DNA from: Chlamydiota bacterium
GTDB lineage: Bacteria > Auribacterota > Tritonobacteria > UBA1439
Assembly: GCA_037133055.1 (NCBI GenBank)
Contig: JBAXOY010000069.1
Location: 1-16,511 of the forward strand
Direction of reading: 5' to 3'
DNA: 16,511 nucleotides
Shown: in pieces, positions 1-7,859 of the stretch
Layout of the letters: each line of letters starts with the position of its first letter
Position numbering within the stretch: position 1 is the stretch's first letter
Notes under the pieces: model-generated
Databases searched by the model: none
Told to the model about the DNA's origin: nothing
The model's input: only the letters and a program-made list of their open reading frames with translations
Position numbers and translations under genes: made by a program

Positions 1-15
1 ACTCGGACAGGATCC

Positions 16-21
16 TATGAT
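16..21 (+). promoter_or_regulatory. Possible -10 element (TATGAT) for the CvpA-like gene
   Basis: TATGAT is 5/6 to TATAAT and lies 11 nt before the GTG in GC-rich DNA; the -35 would fall outside the window. Confidence 0.4.
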
Positions 22-32
22 ACACTACCCCC

Positions 33-1025
33 GTGCACCTCGACATCGCCGTCGTCGCGTTGCTCCGCGGATGTTTCGGCGCGGGGATGCTGCGCGGGTT
101 CCAGCGGCAGTGCGTCGCGCGCGCCGCGCTGTCCGCCGGCCTCGCCGCCGGGTGGCTCGCGATCCGCCTCCTCGCGCGCGCCCTGCCGGGGGAAGGCGCC
201 GCCGCGGCGTTTCTCTCCCCGGCGTTGTGCGCCCTGGTCTTCGCGGCGGTCTATTGCTGCGCGTGGAGGGTCGGCATGGCGCACCTGAACCGCCGGGCGG
301 CCGTGTTCGCCCGGGGGGCGGGAGACAGGATCCTCGGGGGCGCCTTCTCTCTCGCGAAGGGGCTCGCGTCGGCGCTTGTCGCCGTCTGGCTTCTTGACGC
401 CCTCCTGGGGGCCCGGCTGACGGAGCGCCCCCGCGCGGCGGAACTATGGCGCGGCTCCCGGGCGGTCCGTTTCGCGTGCAGGCACAACGGTCTCTCACCG
501 CTGAAGCCGGTGCGTCGCCTCAAGGGGTTTCTCGCCGCCTTCCGCGACCCGGACGCGCGGAAGCCGCTCCACGACCAGTCCGCGTACGCCGCCCTTGTCT
601 CCAACCCGCGCTACCGCGCGGTGCGGGACGATAAGGATCTCAGGGACTTCCTCGCGCGAAAACAGTGGGGACGGCTGATCAGCGATCCCAACGTGTGCGG
701 TCTCGCCGCCGACCGGGCGTTCCGGCGCACGTTTTTCGCCGTGCGGTGGGAGGCCGCGGCGGGCGAGGGCGCGCCTTCGCCGCGGCGCACGCCCCCGCCC
801 GCATCTTTGTCCACCCCCGCCCCCCCCGCGCCCGCACTCATTCCGGCCGGCGCCTCTCCCGCGCACTGCCGGGTGGTCCTGAAAAACGGCTCGACGCTCC
901 GCGGCAGGATCGCGGCCGAGAGCCCCGGCAGAATCATGGTGGAGGTGCCCCGCCAGGGAGGGGTGATGGTGATGGAGATCGACGCCGCCGAGGTGTCGCG
1001 GATAGAGCCCGCAGGAGACCGCTGA
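33..1025 (+). CDS. CvpA (colicin V production)-like membrane protein with Pro-rich linker and small C-terminal beta domain
   Basis: N-terminus LDIAVVALL..G..RGF and internal DRILGGAFSLAKG match CvpA family patterns; about 4 hydrophobic segments; then PPPASLSTPAPPAP and a VVLKNGSTLRGRI domain. GTG start with a TATGAT just upstream. Confidence 0.7.
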   Translation: MHLDIAVVALLRGCFGAGMLRGFQRQCVARAALSAGLAAGWLAIRLLARALPGEGAAAAFLSPALCALVFAAVYCCAWRVGMAHLNRRAAVFARGAGDRILGGAFSLAKGLASALVAVWLLDALLGARLTERPRAAELWRGSRAVRFACRHNGLSPLKPVRRLKGFLAAFRDPDARKPLHDQSAYAALVSNPRYRAVRDDKDLRDFLARKQWGRLISDPNVCGLAADRAFRRTFFAVRWEAAAGEGAPSPRRTPPPASLSTPAPPAPALIPAGASPAHCRVVLKNGSTLRGRIAAESPGRIMVEVPRQGGVMVMEIDAAEVSRIEPAGDR

Positions 1026-1054
1026 TCCCCGTCTCCATGGGGGGCCCTGCCTTC

Positions 1055-1083
1055 TTGACAGCGCCTCCGCGCTCTGACATACT
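1055..1083 (+). promoter_or_regulatory. Sigma70-type promoter for the wzm operon
   Basis: Perfect TTGACA (1055-1060), 17-nt spacer, CATACT (1078-1083), preceded by extended -10 TG (1075-1076); lies in the gap before wzm. Confidence 0.8.
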
Positions 1084-1116
1084 TCATTCCTGTGCATCTC
1101 TGCTCTCGAGACCACC

Positions 1117-1911
1117 ATGCTCCGCGGACGCGCCAGGTATTTTGAACTTGTCAAGGTTCTCGGCTTCACCGACTTCAAACTCAGGTTCAACACCTCCATC
1201 CTGGGCTACCTGTGGTCGGTCCTGAAGCCGCTGGGCATCTTCTTCGTCCTCTACATCGTGTTCGGCTACTTTATCTTCCGCGGGGCCGACCCCCGCTACA
1301 AGGACAAGCTCCTCCTCGGCATTTTTCTCTGGAGCTACTTCGCCGAGGCGAGCACCGCCGGGATCCAGTCCCTCCTCGGCAAGTCCCATATCATCGGCAA
1401 GATCTATTTCCCCCGCTCCATCGCCGTACTCGCGACCTCCCTCAATTATATCCTCACCTTCGCGATCAACATGGGGATCGTCTGCGTGTTCCTCCTGATC
1501 GACGGCGTGGGACTCAACCGGTACTCGTTCCTGTTCCTGCTGTACATCGCCGAGCTCTACATGATCGTCCTGGGTCTCTCCTTCCTCCTCAGCGTCGCCT
1601 ACCTCAGATTCCGGGATATTGTGGAGATCTGGACGATTTTGATCACCGCCGGATTTTACGCGACCCCCATCATCTACCCCATTGAAATGGTGCCGGCGAA
1701 ATTCCAGAAGTATCTTTACCTCAATCCCATCACCTTCATCGTGGAGTACTCGAAGCGGGTGATGGTCGAGGGGCGCATCCTTGACGCCAACCACAGCGCA
1801 AGGACTTTCCTGATCGGCAACGGCATCATTTTCTCGGAAAGCCTCCTGCTGCTGGTGATCGGGTTTCTGATATTCCGCAGGAGCGCCCCGCGCGCGGCGG
1901 AATATCTGTGA
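1117..1911 (+). CDS. wzm: ABC-2 type polysaccharide export permease (Wzm/RfbA/TagG family)
   Basis: DFKLRF..SILGYLWSVLKPL, KIYFPR, FRDI, FYATPIIYP and LNP motifs; about 6 TM helices; directly upstream of the ATPase. Confidence 0.93.
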   Translation: MLRGRARYFELVKVLGFTDFKLRFNTSILGYLWSVLKPLGIFFVLYIVFGYFIFRGADPRYKDKLLLGIFLWSYFAEASTAGIQSLLGKSHIIGKIYFPRSIAVLATSLNYILTFAINMGIVCVFLLIDGVGLNRYSFLFLLYIAELYMIVLGLSFLLSVAYLRFRDIVEIWTILITAGFYATPIIYPIEMVPAKFQKYLYLNPITFIVEYSKRVMVEGRILDANHSARTFLIGNGIIFSESLLLLVIGFLIFRRSAPRAAEYL

Positions 1912-1923
1912 GGGAATGCCGCA

Positions 1924-3180
1924 ATGATCAGGGCGCATGACATCTCCAAGACATTTCTCATCCCGAAAGAGAAAAAAATGACTCTTCGGGAGCACGTCCT
2001 CGGTTACCTGCGGGGCAGGACGACCGGGTATGAGCCGCTCAGGGCGCTGCGCGGGGTCAGCTTTGATGTCCACAAGGGCGAGTTCTTCAGCATCATCGGC
2101 AAGAACGGGAGCGGCAAGTCGACCCTGCTCAAGATCATGTCGAGCATCTATGCCCCGGACAGGGGAGGGGTCGCGCTGGGCGGGACGGTATCCCCGTTCC
2201 TCGAGCTGGGGATCGGGTTCAACCCGGACCTCACGGCCCGGGACAATGTCTACCTGAGCGCCGCCGTGCTCGGCCTGCGCCGGAAGGAGATCGATCGCCT
2301 CTACGGCGGGATCATCGGTTTCGCCGAGCTGGAGCGGTTCCAGGAGCAGGCCCTGAAGAACTTCTCCTCGGGAATGAAGGTCAGGCTCGCGTTTTCGGTG
2401 GCGTTCATGGTCGACGCCGACATCCTCCTCATCGACGAGGTGCTCGCGGTGGGGGACGCCAGCTTTCAGCAGAAGTGCTACGACGTCTTCAGGCGGCTGA
2501 AGGGCCAGGGGAAGACGATCATCTTCGTCAGCCACAGCATGGGGGACATCAAGGAGTTCTCCGACCGGGTCATGCTCCTCCACGAGGGCAGGGTCGTGAG
2601 CCTCGGGGCCCCGGAAAAGGTGATCCACGACTACCAGCTCCTGACCGCGCACGAGGACGAGAAGAGGATCGCGATGGCGGAGCAGGCGCGCGCACAGGAG
2701 TCCGCCGGCTCGCGGAAGGAGTTCGCCGCGCCGGGGAGCGACCGGCGGTGGGGGAGCGGAGGGGCTTCGGTCGAGCGGATCTCCTTCGCCGACGCGGGGG
2801 GGAGGGGAACGCATGTCTTCGCCACGGGTGAGGAGGTGAGGGCGCGCCTCGAATTCCGCGTGGATCGGGAAGGCCTCGCCCCCGCCCGCCTGACCGTCGC
2901 CATCCACCGCGCCGACGGCGTCACCGTCATGGAAACACGATCGGGCCCCGTCACGCACGCGGGGACGGGCGCGCGCGCCGCCGATCTCGTCTTCCCGAAG
3001 ATCGAGCTCCTCGCGGGCACCTACTACTTCGATGTCGGTATCGCGCCCATTGAGGACAGGTCGGAGCCGTACGATTTTCTAAAGAACTGCGGCAGCATCC
3101 GCGTGTACCAGGACAGCAAGAGCGTGTACCGCGACGCGACCGGGATCTGCGCCCTCGCCCACGACTGGCGCGTGGCCTGA
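1924..3180 (+). CDS. wzt: Polysaccharide ABC transporter ATP-binding protein with C-terminal Wzt_C carbohydrate-binding domain
   Basis: Walker A GKNGSGKST, signature FSSGM, Walker B ILLIDE, H-loop VSH, ELGIGFNPDLTARDN; C-terminal ~140 aa from RWGSG to LLAGTYYFDVGI. Confidence 0.95.
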   Translation: MIRAHDISKTFLIPKEKKMTLREHVLGYLRGRTTGYEPLRALRGVSFDVHKGEFFSIIGKNGSGKSTLLKIMSSIYAPDRGGVALGGTVSPFLELGIGFNPDLTARDNVYLSAAVLGLRRKEIDRLYGGIIGFAELERFQEQALKNFSSGMKVRLAFSVAFMVDADILLIDEVLAVGDASFQQKCYDVFRRLKGQGKTIIFVSHSMGDIKEFSDRVMLLHEGRVVSLGAPEKVIHDYQLLTAHEDEKRIAMAEQARAQESAGSRKEFAAPGSDRRWGSGGASVERISFADAGGRGTHVFATGEEVRARLEFRVDREGLAPARLTVAIHRADGVTVMETRSGPVTHAGTGARAADLVFPKIELLAGTYYFDVGIAPIEDRSEPYDFLKNCGSIRVYQDSKSVYRDATGICALAHDWRVA

Positions 3181-3205
3181 TCCACGGTACAAGGAATGGC
3201 GGACG

Positions 3206-4171
3206 ATGACGAAGATATTCGTGACGGGCGGCGCGGGGTTCGTCGGGAGCACCCTGTGCGGGTTCCTGCTCGAAGGCGGGCACGAGGTCACGGCCTTCGA
3301 CAACCTCCTGCTCGGGCGCAGGGAGTTCCTCTCCCCGTATGTGGCGAACCCGCGCTTCCGGTTCGTCGAGGCCGACCTTCTCGACCGGGACCGTCTCTGC
3401 CGGGAAATGGCGGGACACGAGCTCGTCTTCCACCTCGCCGCGAACTCCGACATCAGCCGCGGCGCGCGCCAGACGGACCTCGATCTGAGGCTCGGGACCC
3501 TCGCGACGCACCACGTCCTCGAGGCGATGCGCCTGAACGGGGTCGGGGGGATCGTCTTCGCCTCGAGCTCGGCGGTCTACGGAGACAGCCCGCGGGTCGT
3601 GCCCACCCCGGAGGACTACGGCCCGCTCTTCCCGATATCGTTTTACGGGGCGAGCAAGCTCGCCTGCGAGGGGCTCATCAGCGCCTTCTGCCACACCTGC
3701 GGCATGCGCGCCTGGATCTTCCGCTACGCCAACATCATCGGCCCCAACGGGACGCACGGGGCGGCGTTCGACTTCGTCATGCGCCTGAAGAAAGATTCGT
3801 CCCGCCTCACGGTCCTCGGCGACGGGAGGCAGGCAAAGCCGTACCTCCACGTTTCCGACTGCGTCGCGGGGATGTGGTTCGGCTACGCGCGCGCCCGCGA
3901 CGCGGTCAACTGCTTCAACCTGGGAGTGGAGGGCTCCACGCCCGTGCGCGAGATCGCCGAGGCGGCGGTCCGGGAGGCGGGCCTCGCGGGGACGCCGATC
4001 GAGTACGCGGGCGGGGAGCGCGGATGGCGCGGCGATGTGCCGCACGTCGAGCTCGACGGGCGGAAGCTCGCCGCGCTCGGGTGGAAGGCGAGCTGCAGCT
4101 CCGGCGAGGCGGTCGCGCGGGGGGTGCGCGAGCTGGTGGACCAGTACTTTGCCCCCCCGGGGGGGCGCTGA
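3206..4171 (+). CDS. NAD-dependent nucleotide-sugar epimerase/dehydratase (extended SDR)
   Basis: TGGAGFVG Rossmann motif, HLAA, SSSAVYG, catalytic YGASK, YLHVSD. Confidence 0.92.
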   Translation: MTKIFVTGGAGFVGSTLCGFLLEGGHEVTAFDNLLLGRREFLSPYVANPRFRFVEADLLDRDRLCREMAGHELVFHLAANSDISRGARQTDLDLRLGTLATHHVLEAMRLNGVGGIVFASSSAVYGDSPRVVPTPEDYGPLFPISFYGASKLACEGLISAFCHTCGMRAWIFRYANIIGPNGTHGAAFDFVMRLKKDSSRLTVLGDGRQAKPYLHVSDCVAGMWFGYARARDAVNCFNLGVEGSTPVREIAEAAVREAGLAGTPIEYAGGERGWRGDVPHVELDGRKLAALGWKASCSSGEAVARGVRELVDQYFAPPGGR

Positions 4172-4870
4172 ATGCAGGCCGTGATCCTCGCCGGCGGTCT
4201 TGGCACGCGCCTCAGGCCCGTGACGCTCACGGTCCCGAAACCGATGGCGCCGGTCCTCGGGAGGCCGTTCCTCTGCCACCAGCTCGAGGACCTGAAGCGC
4301 CAGGGGATCCGGAAGGCCCTGCTTCTGGTCGGGTACCTCGGGGAACAGGTCAGGGATTATTTCGGCGAGGGCGGCAGGATCGGCATGGAGCTCGACTATT
4401 CCGAGGAGCGCGAGCTCCTCGGCACCGGCGGGGCGCTCAAGCTGGCGGAAGGCCTGATCACCGATGATTTCTTCGTCATCTACGGCGACTCGTTTCTGCC
4501 GCTCGACTACGCGGCGTTCGAGGCCGCGTTCCGGCGGGCGGGGACGGAGGGGATGATCGCGGTCTACCGCGACCCCTCGGGCGCGACGCGCGTGCAGGGG
4601 AACGTCGCCCTCTCCCCGGAGGGCCTGGTCACGCGCTATGACAAAGGGTCCGCGTCGCCGGAGCTCGCCTGGGTGGAGGCGGGGGTCCTCGCGTTCCGCC
4701 GGGGCATGCTCCAAAGGATCCCGCCGGGGAGGGTGGTGTCGCTCGAGCGCGACGTCTACCCGGAGCTCATACGGGAAGGCGCGCTCGCGGGGTACCGGAG
4801 CGCGCACAGGTTTTTCGATATCGGGACCGAGGAGAGAATCAGGGACATGGAGGCGTGGCTCAGGCAATGA
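4172..4870 (+). CDS. hddC: Sugar-1-phosphate nucleotidyltransferase, HddC-like (heptose-1-P guanylyltransferase)
   Basis: ILAGGLGTRLRP...PKPM, LGTGGAL, YGDS, SLERD, FFDIGT; adjacent to hddA- and gmhA-like genes. Substrate is inferred from context. Confidence 0.8.
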   Translation: MQAVILAGGLGTRLRPVTLTVPKPMAPVLGRPFLCHQLEDLKRQGIRKALLLVGYLGEQVRDYFGEGGRIGMELDYSEERELLGTGGALKLAEGLITDDFFVIYGDSFLPLDYAAFEAAFRRAGTEGMIAVYRDPSGATRVQGNVALSPEGLVTRYDKGSASPELAWVEAGVLAFRRGMLQRIPPGRVVSLERDVYPELIREGALAGYRSAHRFFDIGTEERIRDMEAWLRQ

Positions 4871-5850
4871 TCATTTCCAAGACGCCGTTCCGCATCAGTT
4901 TCGTCGGCGGGGGAACCGACCTCAGGGCGTTCTACGGCGAGACGCCCGGGGCGGTGGTGAGCACCACCGTCGACAAGTACATGTTCATAACCGTCAGCCG
5001 GCTGAGCAGCTATTTCGACTACAAGGTCAGGGTGAGCTATTCGAAGACCGAGCTCGTGACGCGCGTCGACGACATCCGCCACCCGATCGTCCGGGAGGCG
5101 TTGCGGCTCGTCGGGCTCGACGGCGGCATCGAGATACACTCGATGGCCGACGTGCCCTCGCAGACCGGCCTCGGCTCATCGAGCAGCTTTACGGTGGGGC
5201 TGCTGAACGCCCTTCACGCCTTCAAGAACGAGTACGCGTCCGCGGACCAGCTCGCGCGGGAGGCGTGCAGGATCGAGATCGAGATCCTGAAGGAGCCGAT
5301 CGGGAAACAGGACCAGTACATCGCCGCGTACGGGGGGCTGCGCCAGATCTCCTTCAACCCCGACGAATCGGTGTACGTGGAGCCGGTCATCTGCGCGCCG
5401 GAGACCCGCGAGGCGCTCTTCTCGCACCTCCGTATGTTTTTCACCGGCTGGACGCGCTCCGCGTCAAAAATACTCAAGGAGCAGAAGCGTGACACGGGCC
5501 GCAAGCGCGACATCCTGAAGCGGATGCGGGACATGGCCCCCGAGGCCTCCGCCATCCTCACGGCCGGCACGAATCTCCACCAGTTCGGCAAACTCCTTCA
5601 CAAGAACTGGGTGCTCAAGCGCGAACTTGCGGGCGGCATCACGAATCCCGGCATCGACGCGTACTACGAGAAGGCGCTCGCGGCCGGCGCGCTCGGGGGC
5701 AAGCTTCTCGGCGCGGGCGGGGGGGGATTTCTCCTCTTCTACGTCGAGCCGCAGAACCGGGAACGCGTCAGGCGCGCGCTCCGCGAACTCATGGAGATCG
5801 AGGTGGGCTACGAGCCCCAGGGGTCCAAGATCATCTACATAGGGGAATGA
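4867..5850 (+). CDS. hddA: GHMP kinase, HddA-like (D-glycero-alpha-D-manno-heptose-7-phosphate kinase)
   Basis: TPFRISFVGGGTD, P..TGLGSSSS, IGKQDQY, GGKLLGAGGGGF. ATG 4867 overlaps the upstream stop (ATGA), so it is preferred over the track start at 4855. Confidence 0.87.
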   Translation: MIISKTPFRISFVGGGTDLRAFYGETPGAVVSTTVDKYMFITVSRLSSYFDYKVRVSYSKTELVTRVDDIRHPIVREALRLVGLDGGIEIHSMADVPSQTGLGSSSSFTVGLLNALHAFKNEYASADQLAREACRIEIEILKEPIGKQDQYIAAYGGLRQISFNPDESVYVEPVICAPETREALFSHLRMFFTGWTRSASKILKEQKRDTGRKRDILKRMRDMAPEASAILTAGTNLHQFGKLLHKNWVLKRELAGGITNPGIDAYYEKALAAGALGGKLLGAGGGGFLLFYVEPQNRERVRRALRELMEIEVGYEPQGSKIIYIGE

Positions 5851-5853
5851 ACG

Positions 5854-6468
5854 ATGAACAACGTCGACAGGATTTTTTCCGAATCCGGTTCGTGCGCGGC
5901 CTATGCGAAGGGCTACCTGGCCTACCTCGCGGGTCTTTTCTTCCGGGTGGACCGAGAGGCGGTGGCCCGCTTCGCGGACCTGCTCGAGGAGGCGCGCGCG
6001 GCGGGGAGGCAGATCTTCTTCCTCGGAAACGGGGGAAGCGCGGCCACCTCGTCGCACTTCGCGAATGACCTCGGGAAGGGGGCGCGGGTCGAGGGGGAGG
6101 CGCCGTTCAGGGCGATCAGCCTGACCGACAATGTCTCGCTCATCACCGCGCTCGCGAACGACGAGGGCTACGAGCGGGTGTTCGTCGCCCAGATCGAGGC
6201 GCTGCTGCGCGAGGGGGACGTGGTGGTCGGCATCTCGGCGAGCGGGAACTCGCCGAACATCGTCCGGGCGCTGGAGTACGCGAATGCCCATGGCGCACGC
6301 ACTGTGGCAATCACGGGGTTCGACGGGGGAAGGATGCGCGGGATCGCGGGGCTCTCGGTGCACCTCGAGACGCCGAAGGGGGAGTACGGCCCCGTCGAGG
6401 ACTTCCACATGATCCTCGACCACCTCGTCACATCGTATCTCCGGATGCGGGCGGAAAAGAAGCGGTGA
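5854..6468 (+). CDS. gmhA: SIS-domain phosphoheptose (sedoheptulose-7-P) isomerase, GmhA-like
   Basis: GNGGSAA..SHF, ITALANDEGY, ISASGNSPN, TGFDGG; follows hddA. Confidence 0.83.
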   Translation: MNNVDRIFSESGSCAAYAKGYLAYLAGLFFRVDREAVARFADLLEEARAAGRQIFFLGNGGSAATSSHFANDLGKGARVEGEAPFRAISLTDNVSLITALANDEGYERVFVAQIEALLREGDVVVGISASGNSPNIVRALEYANAHGARTVAITGFDGGRMRGIAGLSVHLETPKGEYGPVEDFHMILDHLVTSYLRMRAEKKR

Positions 6469-6486
6469 CTCGGGACGGTGATGGTG

Positions 6487-6523
6487 CGGCGGGTCGGACA
6501 GGTCCGACATGTCCGACCCGTCG
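6487..6523. repeat. Intergenic inverted repeat built from 9-nt-periodic GTC(C/G)GAC units
   Basis: CGGGTCGGACA (6490-6500) is the exact reverse complement of TGTCCGACCCG (6510-6520); 9-nt loop; the stem extends 3 more pairs with one G-U. No U-tract. Confidence 0.75.
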
Positions 6524-6526
6524 GAG

Positions 6527-6553
6527 CTGGACGCCGGCTTTCGCCGGGGTGAC
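6527..6553 (-). repeat. REP-like palindromic element (GTCA..CCGGC-GAAA-GCCGG..TCCAG type)
   Basis: The minus strand reads GTCACCCCGGCGAAAGCCGGCGTCCAG, a stem with a GAAA tetraloop that translates as VTPAKAGVQ, matching the widespread 'VIPAKAGIQ' class of dispersed bacterial repeats. Confidence 0.7.
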
Positions 6554-6572
6554 AGAGTAGGGAAGGGGCGGG

Positions 6573-7859
6573 ATGACGCTCGGAATTCTCGGCGGCGGCC
6601 TTACGGGGCTCACGCTCGCCGACCGCTACGGGGAGGGGTGCGAGGTCCTCGAGGGCGACGAGGCGTGCGGCGGCCTCTGCCGCACCGTGACCCGGGACGG
6701 ATTCTCCTACGACTACGGCGGGCACATCCTCTTTTCACGGGACCGGGAGGCCCTCGACTACCTGCTCGAGGTCCTGGCCGATAACAAGGTCCGCTACCGG
6801 AGAAACAACCGGATCTGGTTCAAGGGGCGCTTCGTAAAGTATCCGTTCGAGAACGATCTCGCCGCCCTCCCGAGGGAGGACGTGTACGAGTGCCTCTATC
6901 ATTTCCTCACGCGGAGCTATCCCGAGCCGGAGAATTTCAGGGACTGGTGCTACTGCCGTTTCGGGAAGGGGATAGCGGAGCGCTACCTGATCCACTACAA
7001 CTAAAAGATATGGAACATTGACCCGGCCCGCCTCGGCCTCGAGTGGGTCGCGGGCCGGGTCCCCGAGCCGCCGCTCGAGGATGTCCTGAAATCCGCCCTC
7101 GGGATTGAGACGGAGGGGTACACCCATCAGCTCCATTTCCACTACCCGAAGCGGGGCGGCATCGAGGCGCTCGTCCGGGCGATCGAGGGCAGGGTTAAGG
7201 CGGTGGAGAAAAATTTTCCCGCGCGGACGGTCAGGCGCACGGGCGGGGCGTGGGTCGTTTCCGACGGCAGGCGGAAGAAGGAGTACGACCGCCTCGTCTC
7301 CACGATCCCGCTCCCCGACCTGCTCGGCGCGATGGACGACGTGCCTCCCCTCGTGCAGGCGGCCGCGCGCGGGCTCCGCTACAATTCGCTCATCTGCGTG
7401 ATGGTCGCATTCCCCGCGGCAAAGCCCTCGGACAGGTTCGCCGTCTACTTCCCGCAGCCGCATCTCAAGTTTCACCGCGTCTGCTTCTATGACTATTTCG
7501 GGGAGAGCTGCGCGCCCCCCGGGATGTCATCCGCCGTCGCCGAGATCACCGTGAACGAGGGCGACGGGACCTTCGAGATGTCGGACGGCGAGCTCGTGGA
7601 ACACGTGACCGCGGGTCTCGAGGGGGAGGGGTTCATCCGGCGCGGGGACGTGTGTGCGTCCGATGTCTCGCGCCGGAAATACGCCTACGTCGTGAACGAC
7701 CTCCAGTACTCGAAAAACCTCGGGATTGTCCGCGGGTTCGTGCGGGAGCGGGGGATCGTCCTCTGCGGGAGGTTCGCGGAGTGGGAGTACCTGAACATGG
7801 ACGCCTGCGTCCGGCACGCGGTGGACTGCGCGGCGGCGCTGAAGGGGGGCGTGGCGTGA
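6573..7859 (+). pseudogene. FAD-dependent UDP-galactopyranose-mutase-like (HemY/amine-oxidase fold) flavoenzyme, interrupted by one in-frame TAA at 7002-7004
   Basis: Track ORFs 6573..7004 and 7203..7859 share a frame, which stays open after the TAA (KIWNIDPARLGLEWVAGRVP...FHYPKRGG). Motifs GGGLTG, GGLCRT, YDYGGHILFS, YPFEND, GRFAEWEYLNMD. 428 aa if the stop is repaired. The stop could be a sequence error rather than a true pseudogene. Confidence 0.75.

Noticed and set aside
1111..1119. Kozak-like ACCACCATG at wzm, hinting at eukaryotic or synthetic origin
   Set aside because: The operon structure, sigma70 promoters and gene content are plainly bacterial; the match is coincidental.
6490..6550. 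Rho-independent terminator
   Set aside because: Neither hairpin is followed by a U-tract on either strand, and the region lies within a co-oriented operon.
7002..7004. TAA reassignment or selenocysteine/pyrrolysine recoding
   Set aside because: Sec uses TGA and Pyl uses TAG. There is only one in-frame TAA across about 15 kb of coding sequence, a one-base change explains it, and scarce TAA stops are expected at high GC.
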